Shown piece by piece: positions 1 through 12,536 of a stretch of 64,000 nucleotides of DNA. The notes under the pieces are model-generated. The model worked only from the letters and a program-made list of their open reading frames with translations, did not search any database and was not told where the DNA came from. The stretch spans positions 124,001-188,000 of the forward strand of contig MU057403.1 in NCBI GenBank assembly GCA_013265495.1. Reading direction: 5' to 3'. This stretch comes from Vicugna vicugna (taxonomy: Eukaryota). The position numbers and the translations under genes were made by a program. How positions within the stretch are numbered: position 1 is the first letter of the stretch; every line of letters begins with the position of its first letter.

Positions 1-1014
1 GTAAGAGAAATGCAGATGGAAATGGAAAACACTGCATTTCAACTGTATAAAATTTGGGGAACTTCAGGGACAAGAAGTGACAGGGGAACAGATGTGGAGG
101 CAAGAAAGTGTGGCAAAGATGAGGAACTTCAAACCTTTCTTTTGTCAAGACTGTGAAATGCATGAAGGGGAACAGCAGTGAGCGGACAGACGGCCACCTC
201 TGAATGCCAGGCAAAGGTGTGTCGCTAATTATTTGATACGAAATGAGAAGCCACTATGGGCTTTTTGAACACGGTGGCCATTGGACCAGAGCCTTGTTAA
301 GCTAGCAGCAGTGTCAGGGTGAACTGGCAGGGAGGGGGTTCTGGGGAAGAGGGGGTGCTCGTTCTCCCACATTCATGTCTGGTCCTAATCTCCCTGGTCC
401 CCAAGTGTGGATTTCAGAAGCTAAAACTGATCTCAAGCAAAACATTAGCTCTTTAAATCTTCACAATCTTATAAGAACAAATGCTTAAACAAACAAACAT
501 TATGGAAAGAGAATCAGTAAGACCTGAGTACCCATAGAGTCTGGAGTTGAAGAGACAGGAGACAACAAAGACAGCTCTTTACTTGTTCCTGCTTGTGGTG
601 GCAGCATTTCATTGAATCATATTAAATTCTCTGATGCTAATGGAAAACCTGGGACCTCCGGTTAGAACTAGCCTTCTTGACCAGCATGGTACCCATGCCT
701 TGTGTCCCAGAACGGCATCACTAATTCATCGTGGCATTTTCTACTTTGAGCTGAGATTAATCCTCAGAATCTTTCTCAGCCCAGGTCCTGGAGCCTGTCA
801 CAACTGATAGAAGAAAGCTGGCTCATGAGATGACACCTATTTGCCATCCCGAGTGTCTTTTTCAGGGTGCAAATTTGTCACACCCTCAGCACCATCTGTT
901 CAGGACTGACTCTATCATGATGTCCATATTTACTCGTGCTGTCTGCTTTAAACTCTCTAGAAATAAAATAATCATGACCCCACTCACAATTTTGTTTTCT
1001 TTTCACATCATTAC

Positions 1015-1179
1015 CTGTCAGGTATGTTTGCTCGTGTATCTCTGTGATGCTCAAGAGTTCAGCATTCTGCTGTTGGCAGCTCTTCCTCGCCTGGTGCCAA
1101 GTTAAAGCAGACTTGGAATTTATCTGGTAGGAGATGCTGGTCAGTGGATCTTTAGTCCATAAGCTTTCGCTGCCCTCAA
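1015..1179 (-). CDS. MRC1: MRC1 exon 4 (165 bp), start of C-type lectin domain 1
   Basis: Not in the ORF track. Manual translation: (F)EGSESLWTKDPLTSISYQINSKSALTWHQARKSCQQQNAELLSITEIHEQTYLT(G). Acceptor ttcttttacag, donor gtaatg; phase 1 at both ends, in frame with exon 3. Confidence 0.96.
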
Positions 1180-4100
1180 CTGTAAAAGAAGTCCAAAGGA
1201 ATTGGCTGCATTATGCATGGAAAAGACTTTCAGGGAACAATATTTTTTAAACAATCTCGGTATTATTTAAAAGCATTATTTAGTGCCTAAAACATTATAG
1301 TTCTTTTCTGTCTTTTCTTTCTTTTACTTAGTTTTCGAGTGACTATGAGATTTTCCTCACTCCTGAAATGAAGAGGGGGAGTTTTCAAAGGACTGACCAC
1401 GTTCAGTCTGTTTCATGTGCCTAAAGAAAGGAAGGAAAACACTCTATTTTTCCATTAGGACTTTTGAGATCAGATGACTTGGGAAGTGAGGCAAATGCAA
1501 AGACACAGAGGTACCAGCCTGACTGCCTTCACCTAGGAAAAAAATAAAAATAAAAGGAGGAGAGAAAATAAACATGTCTTCTCTCAGCAATGAGTATTTG
1601 GCCTGAACATTCTAGTCTGGTCTTTTTAGATCAAAGACACAGACATTAGAGGGGAAGGTCATGGATTCCACGGAATCCAGCACCTCCAGGCACTGTCACT
1701 CACTCGTGATTTGACCTGAGTTAAACTGCTAACTTCTGGAGTCTCATTCTCTCATCTCTAGAATATATTAAATATAGTAACTCCTGGCAATAATAGATGT
1801 TGATTGTTAGTTTTTCTTCCTTCAGAGTGAAAAAAAAAACTCTTTTAGCTTATTTTTTCTTTGCTATTTTATGGTTTCCAATATACTCTATAAACTAGGC
1901 TGTGTTCTACAAAAGATCAATAATATAGCTTGATAAATATTATTGACAGCATTTGACATACAAGATGTCTGGGAAATCAGTTAACAAATGAAATATTTTT
2001 GTGTGCTTCATGTTATAAAATTTTCTCTTTTGTCTTTTTAAATAATATAAAATCCACTTAACAAGTCACGTGAAGCCATAACCCTATTTATTTGTAAGGA
2101 AGAGAGAAGTTACATAACTTCTCAAATTTTGAGAAGTATTCTACTGGCTAAGAAATGGAATAGTTTCCCGTACACAACCTACATTCTATAATTGTGTATA
2201 ATTGTAATTCTTCGTATCTGACAAGTGACCTTTTCCTACACATACCACATACTATGATATGAAACTTGTGGTCTATGAAACACCAAAGAGGAAGAAAAAT
2301 ATGTCAAAACTTCACTCAGGCAACAGCATAGAAATTTCTGAGATATTTTGACTATAAAATCATTATACATTTCTATAAAAAATAAATTTGGGTTAGTAAT
2401 GTTAAATTTAAATTACCGTAACCTGAGACCTTACTTAATATCCAAATGGATTCTTTTCCTTGGAAGCGAGATCATTCAGATGAGACTGGCTGGAGGTTTA
2501 TTTGAACATGGAGATGTTTTAAATAAATATTTTTAGAAATTTGGAGGTTTTGCTTGTAATATGGTAGAAAATGTGAGGCAGGGGGAAAAAGGGGGAAGGG
2601 TGATTTCTTTTCATCCAGGATTGAAGGAAAGGGATATAAATGACTAAAGAAAGAAATGCAATAGGACCCTTCATTTATAGAAAAGTATATTTTGCTCTTT
2701 AAATGAGGGAATTCAAACCTATTTTTCAATGAATGCATTGGTTTGCTGAGTCTACATCTCCCCAGATTGTTGCAATTCCCACAACAAATCAGCACACCTG
2801 ACACTGAAAGCTAGAATCGCAAACTATGGAGAATTGAGAGAAAGGGGTCTTTTTCCTTTTCCTGTTCTCCTGATACTCGAAAATAAATGTCTAAATAGAA
2901 GGAAAACATTACAATAAACAATGCAAAGGACAATGAAGAGCAAATATTTAGTGTCACCAGGTCAGCATCTGGGACCTCATCTTCCTGTATTGAACCTGCC
3001 AGTTTAAGGCGAATATAAAATAAAATGTTCTTTTGAAAGGAACACAAAGCAAAGACAATGAAACACTTGGGGAAATTGCAAAGCCCTTTAAGAAAGGTAT
3101 GGCATGTATAAAATGTGCTTAAAAATTTTAATGCATATTGAAATCAAACAGGTTTTTTCCCCCTAGTTTTTACAATTATTTCATTTTATATTTAAAAAAA
3201 TCAAAATATATAAATTGCTCTGGAAAACACAATTTGGAAGTAACAAGCAAGACTGAAAGCTTATTCTAGAATATAATTTATTCCTCCAACACACATCTAT
3301 CCAAGGTAGGGAATTTTTTTAGGATTAATGATGGGCCACTCATCCTCCAGTGAATAATTCGTTACATCATACATGCGACCAACAATGCCTCTGTCAACAC
3401 CATGTAAGGGCAGATGTTATCACGGGACCCATGAGATATGTAGCTCCAAGAAACTCCATGATAACAGATTCAGAAAATACCATTCGTATGAAGTCAAGGA
3501 GAAAGATACTCCTCAGTCACTGAACAAGAAATATTCCTTTATCTTAGAGGTGAGGGGAAGCTCAATTTTGTCTTGTCTTCCAGCAAAAAAAACACAGAGG
3601 TCAGATATCTAATAACCTATAAACCTTTCACATCTATAGACCTTTCATGGGAATCAAACCTCTAAAGGTTGTTATAAAAGGGAAATACATTTACCCCACC
3701 CCAGAATGGGAGAGCAATACCACTGTCTACATGGGAAGCCCGATGTGTTTTCGTGGATGTTTCCCCTAGAACAGAGGAATTACAATAATCTACGGGGCTA
3801 AGCAATCAAATGAATTTTAGTGAGATGTTTAGGGATTACAATTCAAAGAGATACATAAGCATGATTCTTGGAGTTCTGGCTTTAACTTGACACACGTAAA
3901 TATTTTGGTTAATTGGACAGTTTTACAATAATTCTTGGAATAACGTGATGGTATGGATGTGTGGTCCCGGAAGTTTAGTGGAAAGCAATGTAGATGGTCT
4001 CACAGCCGTCCTGGACCGCACGAGGCTCTGTCCCCACACCTGCCCCTTGGAGTACAGCAGCCGAGAGAATTCTAGATAACAGCAGAAAACAGGAGCTCTG

Positions 4101-5027
4101 ATCCATGGAGTCTGAAGGAGCCAGGGGCCAGGCGGTAAGAAGTTCAGGAGGAGGAAAAGGAAGAGAGGAGAAGGCGGCAGCAGGGGGAGCACGTGGAGTG
4201 ATGCGGGAAGGCAAGCAGCAACCCGTCCTCCTCCGCCTTCCCCAGCCCCATCCCTGCCTCCCGACCCGGAGCCCTCCTCCACACGCCACAGCACCTGCTG
4301 TCCTGCTTCTCTATAGACCCCTGAGCGTGGAAAGAACGTCAAGAATTCTTACATTCTGACCCCTTCCCATCAAAAGAATGCAATGGCACTTATTTGGCAT
4401 CACTGCAATAATACTTCAATTTTCACATTACAAACGCTTTGAGCATAGAAATAACGCACTTCTATTGATGCTGTGTTAAATTAAATGATACTCTGCTTAA
4501 ATTAAATAAAATGTTAGAAGAGTACCATTGCTCATATTTTCACAGTGAGGAGCCCTTTTCATGACACTGACACAAAATTCAGAAGCGCCCCCCATTGCTC
4601 TCTCTCCATCAAACCCTATGCTGTGGCGTTGTTCCAATTCTACTTTTGATTTATAGTTTAATAAAGGTAAATCAATGGGGAGAGGAGGGAAATGGCCTGG
4701 CCACCTCTGGTATTAGGTAGACACTGCATCATATTCAGTGTAATTTGCCCTAAAGTCTTAGAAAATAAAATTCAGTAGCAGTGAAAATTAAAAGGTTACT
4801 CGATGCAGCCAGGACTGAAAGTCAGAAGATCTGTGTTCTGACCTTTAGCCAACAGAGACCACTCCATCCACTATAAAATGAAGGACCATGACATCTGTAA
4901 AGGGTTGTGGGGGAGTATGATGAGATAATACGTGGAAAATCACTTTGAGGAAAAAATATCCAAGATGCACACAAGGTCTTATCACTACTCAGTGGGTCAA
5001 CATTTTCCTGATGATAAAGTTACTTAC

Positions 5028-5201
5028 ATTTCAATGGACAATATCCAAATAGCTTATCAGCATCATAATCTGTAGTGGTTCCACACCATAGCCATCCGTC
5101 CGGCCGCCCCGCATTTGTGCAATCCGCGTACCACTTGTTTTCAAACTTGAATGGGAAAGCGCAGGCAGCTCCATTCGCATTCCCAAGGAGTGTGTACATG
5201 G
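5028..5201 (-). CDS. MRC1: MRC1 exon 3 (174 bp), fibronectin type II (collagen-binding) domain
   Basis: AMYTLLGNANGAACAFPFKFENKWYADCTNAGRPDGWLWCGTTTDYDADKLFGYCPLK has the four-cysteine FnII pattern. Acceptor ctcttctag, donor gtaagt. Confidence 0.97.
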
Positions 5202-6949
5202 CTAGAAGAGACACATCCACTTTCACTTAGAACATAAGTGAACCTTCTGAACGTTGACTTTCCAATCAGAAGGATGCCGCAGGAATGGGTCTCACACTTT
5301 GCATCACGCTTGGTACTCCCCCGCTGCAGGAAATTCCTTTTTTATTTCCCTTCTCTCTCTCTACCGCAGTCCTGTGCTGAGTACATCCAGCAGCCTGTCC
5401 TCAGGAATAACTCAAGCACTGCTTCCTTTCTGCTGTCTTGTGGCACAGATTTTTCCTCTTTCCTCCCATGCCACAAAAGTAGTCAGCTCTGACTTCTGCA
5501 TTTCCTCCAAATAAAGAAAAAGCCATCCTTCCTCTTGGTTGGAATCACAGAATGATTGAATCTCTAGACTGAAAAATAACCTATTAACAGTGTAACCCAA
5601 ACACACAGTCAAAACTTAACGCCCTTCTAACCACTTCCAGTCAAGCCAGCCTCCACCTGGGTCCCTCAACAACGTCCATGAGAAAGGGAAGGAATTTGCA
5701 CATAAATCTCTAATCCACATCATGTAAAGATGCCACTCAAAACCATTAGGTACCATCTACAATCAATATTTGTCTTTTTTAAAAACTTGAGTCCAAACAT
5801 ATCAAAAGGGGAAGCTCTGGGTTCACCTAGAAAGGAAAATTGAAATAAATATAGAGTCGCTGTTGATTATGGTTTGGCTTAAACCAAAAGGATTAGAGAA
5901 GTTCATATCTCCATTGACAACCAGACCACTCAAGTAGCTAAGTTCTCCAGTGTGTTCAAAGCCTATCTTTGTGGGGACACCCCTTTGGAGATAATCATCC
6001 TCTCCAGTAAGGTACTTTGTCCCTTGCCAAGAGTCAACATTCAGATTTTGTTCCAGGGAGGAACGTCTCTTCTCAATTCAGTTTCATAGATTCTATGACT
6101 TTAAAAAGTTTTTAAGAGACATCTTAAAAGCCATCTAGATGACTTGGAGTTTGTAAACCATGTAGCATCCAACATAGGTTAAGGGCACGACAAATGTAAG
6201 GTCTTCAACTTTTCTCTTTTTCCTTTATTTACTGTACGTATTCAGTCCTCCATAAAAGATAGGCTTACTTTCAATTACCTCAAAGTTACATTTTTTTTTT
6301 GCCACTGCCCAGCTGTTGGTAGCTTTAAAATGTGATTCTAGCTTTGGTTTCACTAAGTTACAGGACTAATTTTCCAAATCGCAGATTGTATAAGGAACAT
6401 GCTGGATTCGGTAATAATTATTCCTTTGTATATTAAGAAAGCCCAATGAGACCACATTAGGGCGAGCTGTACTGTGGATTAAGTTAGCCAAGGAACCGTC
6501 AGTGCTCGATTTACAGATGTCAACCAGAAACAGCCTCTTTTTAGGATGAACTCGATTTATTAAACACAGCACTGATGAGGCCAAGGGACCAACCTTCACT
6601 CCAGCCACTTCACAAACAAATCATGTCACTGCAGTCAGTTGACTCTTCCTCTTGTGGTCCAAACTTCCAGACAACCCTCACATCCTTCCAAGTCTACAAA
6701 ATCTGATTCTATTATTCTAAATTAAATCCTTGGCCTCAGACAGTTTTCTCCCCCACGTTCTCTTTAGAGAGACAGAGACTCTACATATACCCTCTCGCAC
6801 TGTCTTCGCATCTAATGTATATCCCGGTGAATAGATTCCAGTATCACTCTGGGGAACTAGATCTTCTAGCAGGAATATCTTTGTATTGGAGGAGAGTTAG
6901 GGAGTATGCAGAGTGTGGTTGAGGAGCCATCTGCATCCAACCACCCAGC

Positions 6950-7060
6950 GCCTTCCCTTAATGTGCTAATTTAGAATCAAGGTGAGAGGGGGACCTTGGG
7001 ATCTGTATCTTTAACAAGTTCTCCAGATGATTCTTAAGCATATTAAAGTTTGAGAACCAT
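6950..7060. mobile_element. MER5-like hAT-Charlie DNA transposon fragment
   Basis: ...atctgtatctttaacaagttctccagatgattct...aaagtttgagaacca resembles the MER5 terminus. Confidence 0.6.
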
Positions 7061-7821
7061 GATCCTAAATCCTATGCATAATTTTCTCAAAGCAAACAGA
7101 AGAACAGGAAGTGGGGTTAGGGAGTGGAGGGGACTACAGAACTTCAGTGATGTCTTTTAAAATAAGATGAGAACGCCAATCTCTTAGCACCTATCTTCCT
7201 TGTGTGGAATTCTTCAATTAGGACCATTGTCCCATCTACAGAATTTGACCCAGTCAAGTTTGGTTCATCGTTGTCCTGCCCTACAATTTTCCGTAAGTAT
7301 CTCCTGAAACGTTGTGCTACTTAGATTGCCTCTTACACAATTTCTAAACCTATATTACATTCAATAAATGCCTTGGGATCACTTCTTTCCAAGCCCTCCT
7401 TCTCAGCCTTCTTTATTTCCCACTCTTTCCTCCTCTTTCTACAATACAGAAGGAAAACAAAGCTGACAAATCATCACCTTGCAAAGAGCTGAACCCCCAC
7501 GCTCTGCGTAGCTGCCACGGGCTAAATTCAACCACTCTTTGCAGCCTCAGTAACACAGTGATTTTGGAAACAGATAAACCCCTGTCCCAAAAGGCAAGCT
7601 CTTTCTCTGACCTTGAGGTCGTTGTAGATAACCCTTTACAGCAACCAAGTGTCCAAAGCTGGAATGTAGTTACAACATCATCTGATTCAAGAAGCCTTTG
7701 TAAAGAACTTCAAGTTCTTTTTTGTTTTCATTTTATCTTTTTTTCAGGCGGCCACCAGAGAATGAAATTTGGCCAAGACGAGAGAAGACTAGATACCCTG
7801 ATTTTATTTAACCTTCAAGAA

Positions 7822-7856
7822 ATCGCTTCTCGGCCTTTTGACTAAGATCAAGTGTA
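7822..7856 (+). pseudogene. 3'-truncated U2 snRNA retrocopy (U2 nt 1-35)
   Basis: ATCGCTTCTCGGCCTTTTGACTAAGATCAAGTGTA equals the U2 5' end with one mismatch. Flanked by the direct repeat TATTTAACCTTCAAGA (7805-7820, 7855-7870). Confidence 0.93.
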
Positions 7857-8530
7857 TTTAACCTTCAAGAGCTGAAGGAACCAATGACATATCAAATTAT
7901 TTCCTGCCCCACTGGTTGCTACCACTTTCTAAAACAGTGGAGTAAACATGCTGAATGTTAATTCCCAAACTAATTTCTCAGCTTTTCTAGTTTCCTGATT
8001 ATTACAGTTTTTAAATATCCATAAGGTAACAAATAAATTAGACACACTTAGAAACCCAAATTGTCAACACTTTGTTTTATGCAATCTGAATTGGTAAAGA
8101 CTGTTCTGTGGACCATTTCTTCAGGAATAACTTAAACCAAAGGAAAAGAAACATTTGGTAAATTCATTAATCACTACAATTACATAATGGTAAATGGAAG
8201 ACCTCAGGTCAAAGACAGCAGTGAAAATTACTTTCTAAAAATTGTCACCCATTGTTAAAAAAGAAAAACTTAACAGAAGTTAAAAGAAATGTCTTCCTAT
8301 TAATTACTAATAGCTAAAGTTATCATTCAGGACTTTTTTTTTTTTATCACATTGATTCACTGTCATGTTCTCACAAAATACAGAATAGTTCCAAACACAA
8401 AAGTAATCAGCTAATATTTCTAGTACTGAATAAATAAGAATAAACTTAGTTTCTTAAATTAGATTTCAACTAAGAGGATGAGAAAAATTTGATAGGAAGG
8501 TAAAAAAAAAAAAAAACTCACACTTCTTAC

Positions 8531-8932
8531 CTTCATACCCTCTAGAGCATAAGTCATCTGTGGTTCCGTAAACCTTCCATCTGCTCCATAAACCTGATCC
8601 CTTGTAAAGCATAATATTCTTCTCTTGTCTGTTGCCATAGTTAAAAAATAAATCTTCTCCCTCGATCCCCAAAAGCGTGTCATTTTTGCACTCCCATTTC
8701 TGAAATTCACTCTTCGAGTCACAGGCGTACAGAGTGATGGGAACCCAATCAGTTTTTGATGGCACCCCTAAGCATAATTTAAATGCAACACTCATAATCT
8801 GGGATGCAGACACCCATCGGAACCTCTGGGCTTCGTTGTCCTGGTTGCAAACTGCAGTTTGGACTGAGCTGGGACTTACTGCTTCCACGCAGCGCTTGTG
8901 ATCTTCATTATATATTAAAAATTGCCTTGTGT
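8531..8932 (-). CDS. MRC1: MRC1 exon 2 (402 bp), cysteine-rich ricin B-type lectin domain
   Basis: [40 protein letters not shown]...[38 protein letters not shown]. Acceptor is a pyrimidine tract plus tttaacag; donor gtaaga. Confidence 0.98.
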
Positions 8933-10752
8933 CTGTTAAAAAAGAAGAAGAAAGAAAGAAAGGATGCTTAAATGCATGCATGTGACAAAGACAGTGTTTT
9001 AGGTCAAGAGTTCCCAATGTCTCCATTTCCCTAAAGACCAATGATCTCAGGGAAAAAAGGTGAAGGTGACTCTGCCCAAGCCAACCCAGCTCCTTCTGGC
9101 GGGAGAGGGGTCCCTGGGGCTGGAGAGAGAGACTGGGTTGAGGGGCCTCTCTTGGGGAGCACGTGGCTGCCAGCTGATGGCAATCGGATGGAAAGTCTCA
9201 AGATGTCCTAATTCATACAAGAGGAGCCTTATAAAAAGACTCAGATGCCTTAAATGCACACGAATTGTAGTAGAGTCAATATAAAAGATAGATAACAGAA
9301 GAAGAAATAATACCCATCTGAGCAAAGCAAATTTGGGTACGAATACAATAAGCTTATAAAATTAAATACTTGTATATTCTGGAATAGAATACTGAAGTCC
9401 GACTACCCCTACCTTCTTTGAGACAGTTGAAACTTATACACAATTATCCTAATAACGTTAGGAAGGTTTTTTGTACTTAAAAACACAACTTTGTTTTATG
9501 AAACTTTATCTTCATTTAATGTCCAACAAATTTGGAACTAAATGCCTTCTAGGTAGCCTGGTTTGGGGCAACTAGAATTTGGTTTTGTTTCCCATCCAAC
9601 AATAGGTAACTTAATCTAGTATGCTATTTCGTTAGGATATTCAATCTAACTTTTGTATAGCAAAAAGATACAAAAATACATTTAAAAGTATAATAATTTG
9701 TAAAGTTTGCAGCAAAAGTTAAATAAATGTAAGATTTTTTATTTATCATTTAAAGTAATATTTATGAGAGTACTTTACAAGTAACAGTGTTTTTTATACT
9801 TGTGATTTGGGTCTGGTGATTTAAATAAATATATATAAATGGTTTATGCTTGTAGTATATAGATGCTAGCTGGCAAAACTCAACTTCCTCTTGCCAAAAT
9901 AAATAAATAAAATAAAGACTAAAAGGATCTGGTAAGCATATTTTTTTCCCTTAAATCAAAATTAAATTCATATTTGATCATGTAAAGTATTTTTTTTCTT
10001 TCTGTCTATTTTTTAAGAGACAAATGAAAGGAACTGACTCAACTTTCTTTTTGTGGCACAAGTACAAATTAAACACTTTTTGTGATGTTTGACTAAATTC
10101 CTTCTACTTAAGTGGCTCTTTCAAAATGAGCCAGCATAGTATTTGCAGATGTTTGAGGGTCCGGCTAAATGAGCTCCTTATTTTTAACCGGGTCATCCTA
10201 GTGCAATAATCAAAGTAATCACAGTGCCACTAATACAGTCCTTTGCTGTTTACAAAGCACCTTCACAAGCCAAATTCCACGTACTGTCCTTGACGCCCCT
10301 GTGAGGTTAGCACCACTTACACTCTGAGATGAGTTCTTGGACTATCAACTTAAGATCATAATGGATCTTTGCCTCAAAAGATTATGTTCTCCTGCTGTAT
10401 CTATTCTTGCCCCGCACTTGTTAGAGACCTGCCTCTATTTTGCCTGGGTTCCTTATTCAGTGCTACTTTGAACCTGTGCCTGCGCTTCTTGGCTGGGTTC
10501 CTCATTTCTGCTGGTTTGATTTCTTGGAATCAAGTCTTGATTGAGTTTGAACTCTGAACATCTGCTTCTGGCATCTTTAGAGTTGACGTTTGTCAACAGG
10601 ACTTGCAGTGTCAATCCAGTCTCCTCCCAGCTAGCTGAATTCCTCCCTGAGCTTGATCTTTGTGTGACAAAATAAGTCACTTTTTGCATTGGTAATACAA
10701 TTAAAATTTTAATAATATTTTGTTTTGTTCACAGTAAAACTCAGGAAATGGG

Positions 10753-11149
10753 AAAATAAAATGCCATTTGCACCAACAATTGATGGACCTGGAGATCATT
10801 ATTCTAAGAGAAGTAAGCCAGAAAGAGAAAGTGATATGTTATCACTTATATGTGGAATCTAAAGAAAAAAAGAAAAGAAAAAAGAGGACACTAATGAACT
10901 CATCTACAAAACAAAAACAGACTCGCAAATTAAACAATTTTATGGTTACCTGGGGAAATGGGGTGGGAAGGGATAAATCTGGGAGTTTGAGATTTACAAA
11001 GGTTAATCACTATATATAAAAAAAACAGATTTTAAAAAATTTCTTCTGGATAGCACAGGGAACTATATTCAATGTCTTGTAATAACCTTTAATGAGAAAC
11101 AATATGAAAATGAATATATATTTGAGACTATTATGAATGAATATATATG

Positions 11150-11180
<31 letters not shown>

Positions 11181-11305
11181 ATACATACATACATATGCAT
11201 GACTGGGACATTGCTCTGTACACCAGAAATTGACACACTGTAACTGACTGTACTTCAATAAAAATAAATAAAATTATCTAAAAAAAATCATATCCATAAA
11301 AAAAA
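10753..11305 (+). mobile_element. 5'-truncated L1 3' end with internal (TA)n(TG)n and A-rich tail
   Basis: L1 3' motifs (atgccatttgca...gacctggagatcattattctaag...gtaagccagaaagagaaa; tagcacagggaactatattcaa) ending in aataaa plus A-tract. Confidence 0.85.
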
Positions 11306-11916
11306 CACAGTTACTCTGACAATGTAACATACACAAATGTAAATCCTCTAATCTACAAAGGTATTAAACTCTGAAATTTTTGCCATATATATCTGTAGAC
11401 CCAGTTCCATTGTCCTTTACATTAATTTGTGTTGGCTATTCCACAGGTTACTTTCCTATCTACACTCACCTTCCACATTTTACAGAGTTTTGCTCGTACC
11501 ATCTCAATAATAAATCTATCCTCCACCTCCTACTTCAGCCATTTGATTGTACTGTTGAGCGGTCAACCCTTATTAACTGTCCAAATTCAGTCAACCAAGC
11601 AATTGGTAACCAGCCATTTAAGGTAAGGTGCTTATAAGTCTTTGTGCATGAGTAGTGTCCTTCTTTCAGAGGTTTTTGTACTTACTTGACTTTTATTTCA
11701 TGTACTTAATTTTCACCTGTAGTTCCATCTTAATTTTACTCTAAAAATGAAGGTATTTAATAAGCAAACATCCAATATTCTCTTTTTCATTAATGGCACC
11801 ATCATCCACCCAGATTCATAAGCCAAAAACCTAGGAGTCATTTAGATTCCCAGCTTTCCTTCACCTTCTAGGATATAAGCAGAATCTGCTGGCCCTACCC
11901 CAAAATATACCCCAAA

Positions 11917-12303
11917 ATAATGGTCCTTTCTATGTGTCAATTTGCCTAGGTCACGAATCCCATATATTTGGTCAAACACCAGTTTGGATGTTGCTGTGAA
12001 GGTTTTTTTGTTTTGCTTTGTTTTGATTTTTTAGATAAGATTAAAATTTAAATAGTAGACTTTGAGTGAACAGATTACCCTCCACACTGTGGGTGGGCCT
12101 CGTTGAATCAGTTGAAGGCTTGCAGAGAAAACAGGCTGAGAGCCACTGAAGACGAGGGAATTCTATCTCTGGACTGCTGTTAGACTTGAACTGCAATATC
12201 AACTCTTTTCTGAGTTTCCAACCTGCCAGCCTACCCGTGCAGATTTTGGGCTGGCCAATCTCCACAATTACATAAACCAATTCCTTAAAATAAATATCTC
12301 TCA

Positions 12304-12377
<74 letters not shown>

Positions 12378-12461
12378 TAATAGATTGATAGATAGGTAGA
12401 TAGATAGAAAGAAGATACACATAGATAGTGATAGGTAGATAGGTAAATAGAGATAGAGGTA

Positions 12462-12496
<35 letters not shown>

Positions 12497-12536
12497 CTTA
12501 TCAGTTCTGTTTCACTGGAGAACCCTGACTAATACA
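11917..12536 (+). mobile_element. MLT2 (ERVL) solo LTR, apparently inserted in an L2 fragment
   Basis: tatgtgtcaatttg...tttggtcaaacaccagtttggatgttgctgtgaagg...ggagaaccctgactaataca matches the MLT2 consensus ends. Confidence 0.8.
12306..12494 (+). repeat. Compound microsatellite: perfect (GATA)~17, degenerate GATA, then (CA)~15
   Basis: Directly visible. Confidence 0.97.

Noticed and set aside
1..1014. miR-511 hairpin (intronic to MRC1)
   Set aside because: I did not find the mature sequence. Its host intron (intron 5) should lie beyond the left edge of this window.
7822..7856. Functional U2 snRNA gene
   Set aside because: Only 35 nt; no Sm site or 3' stem-loops; TSD-flanked.
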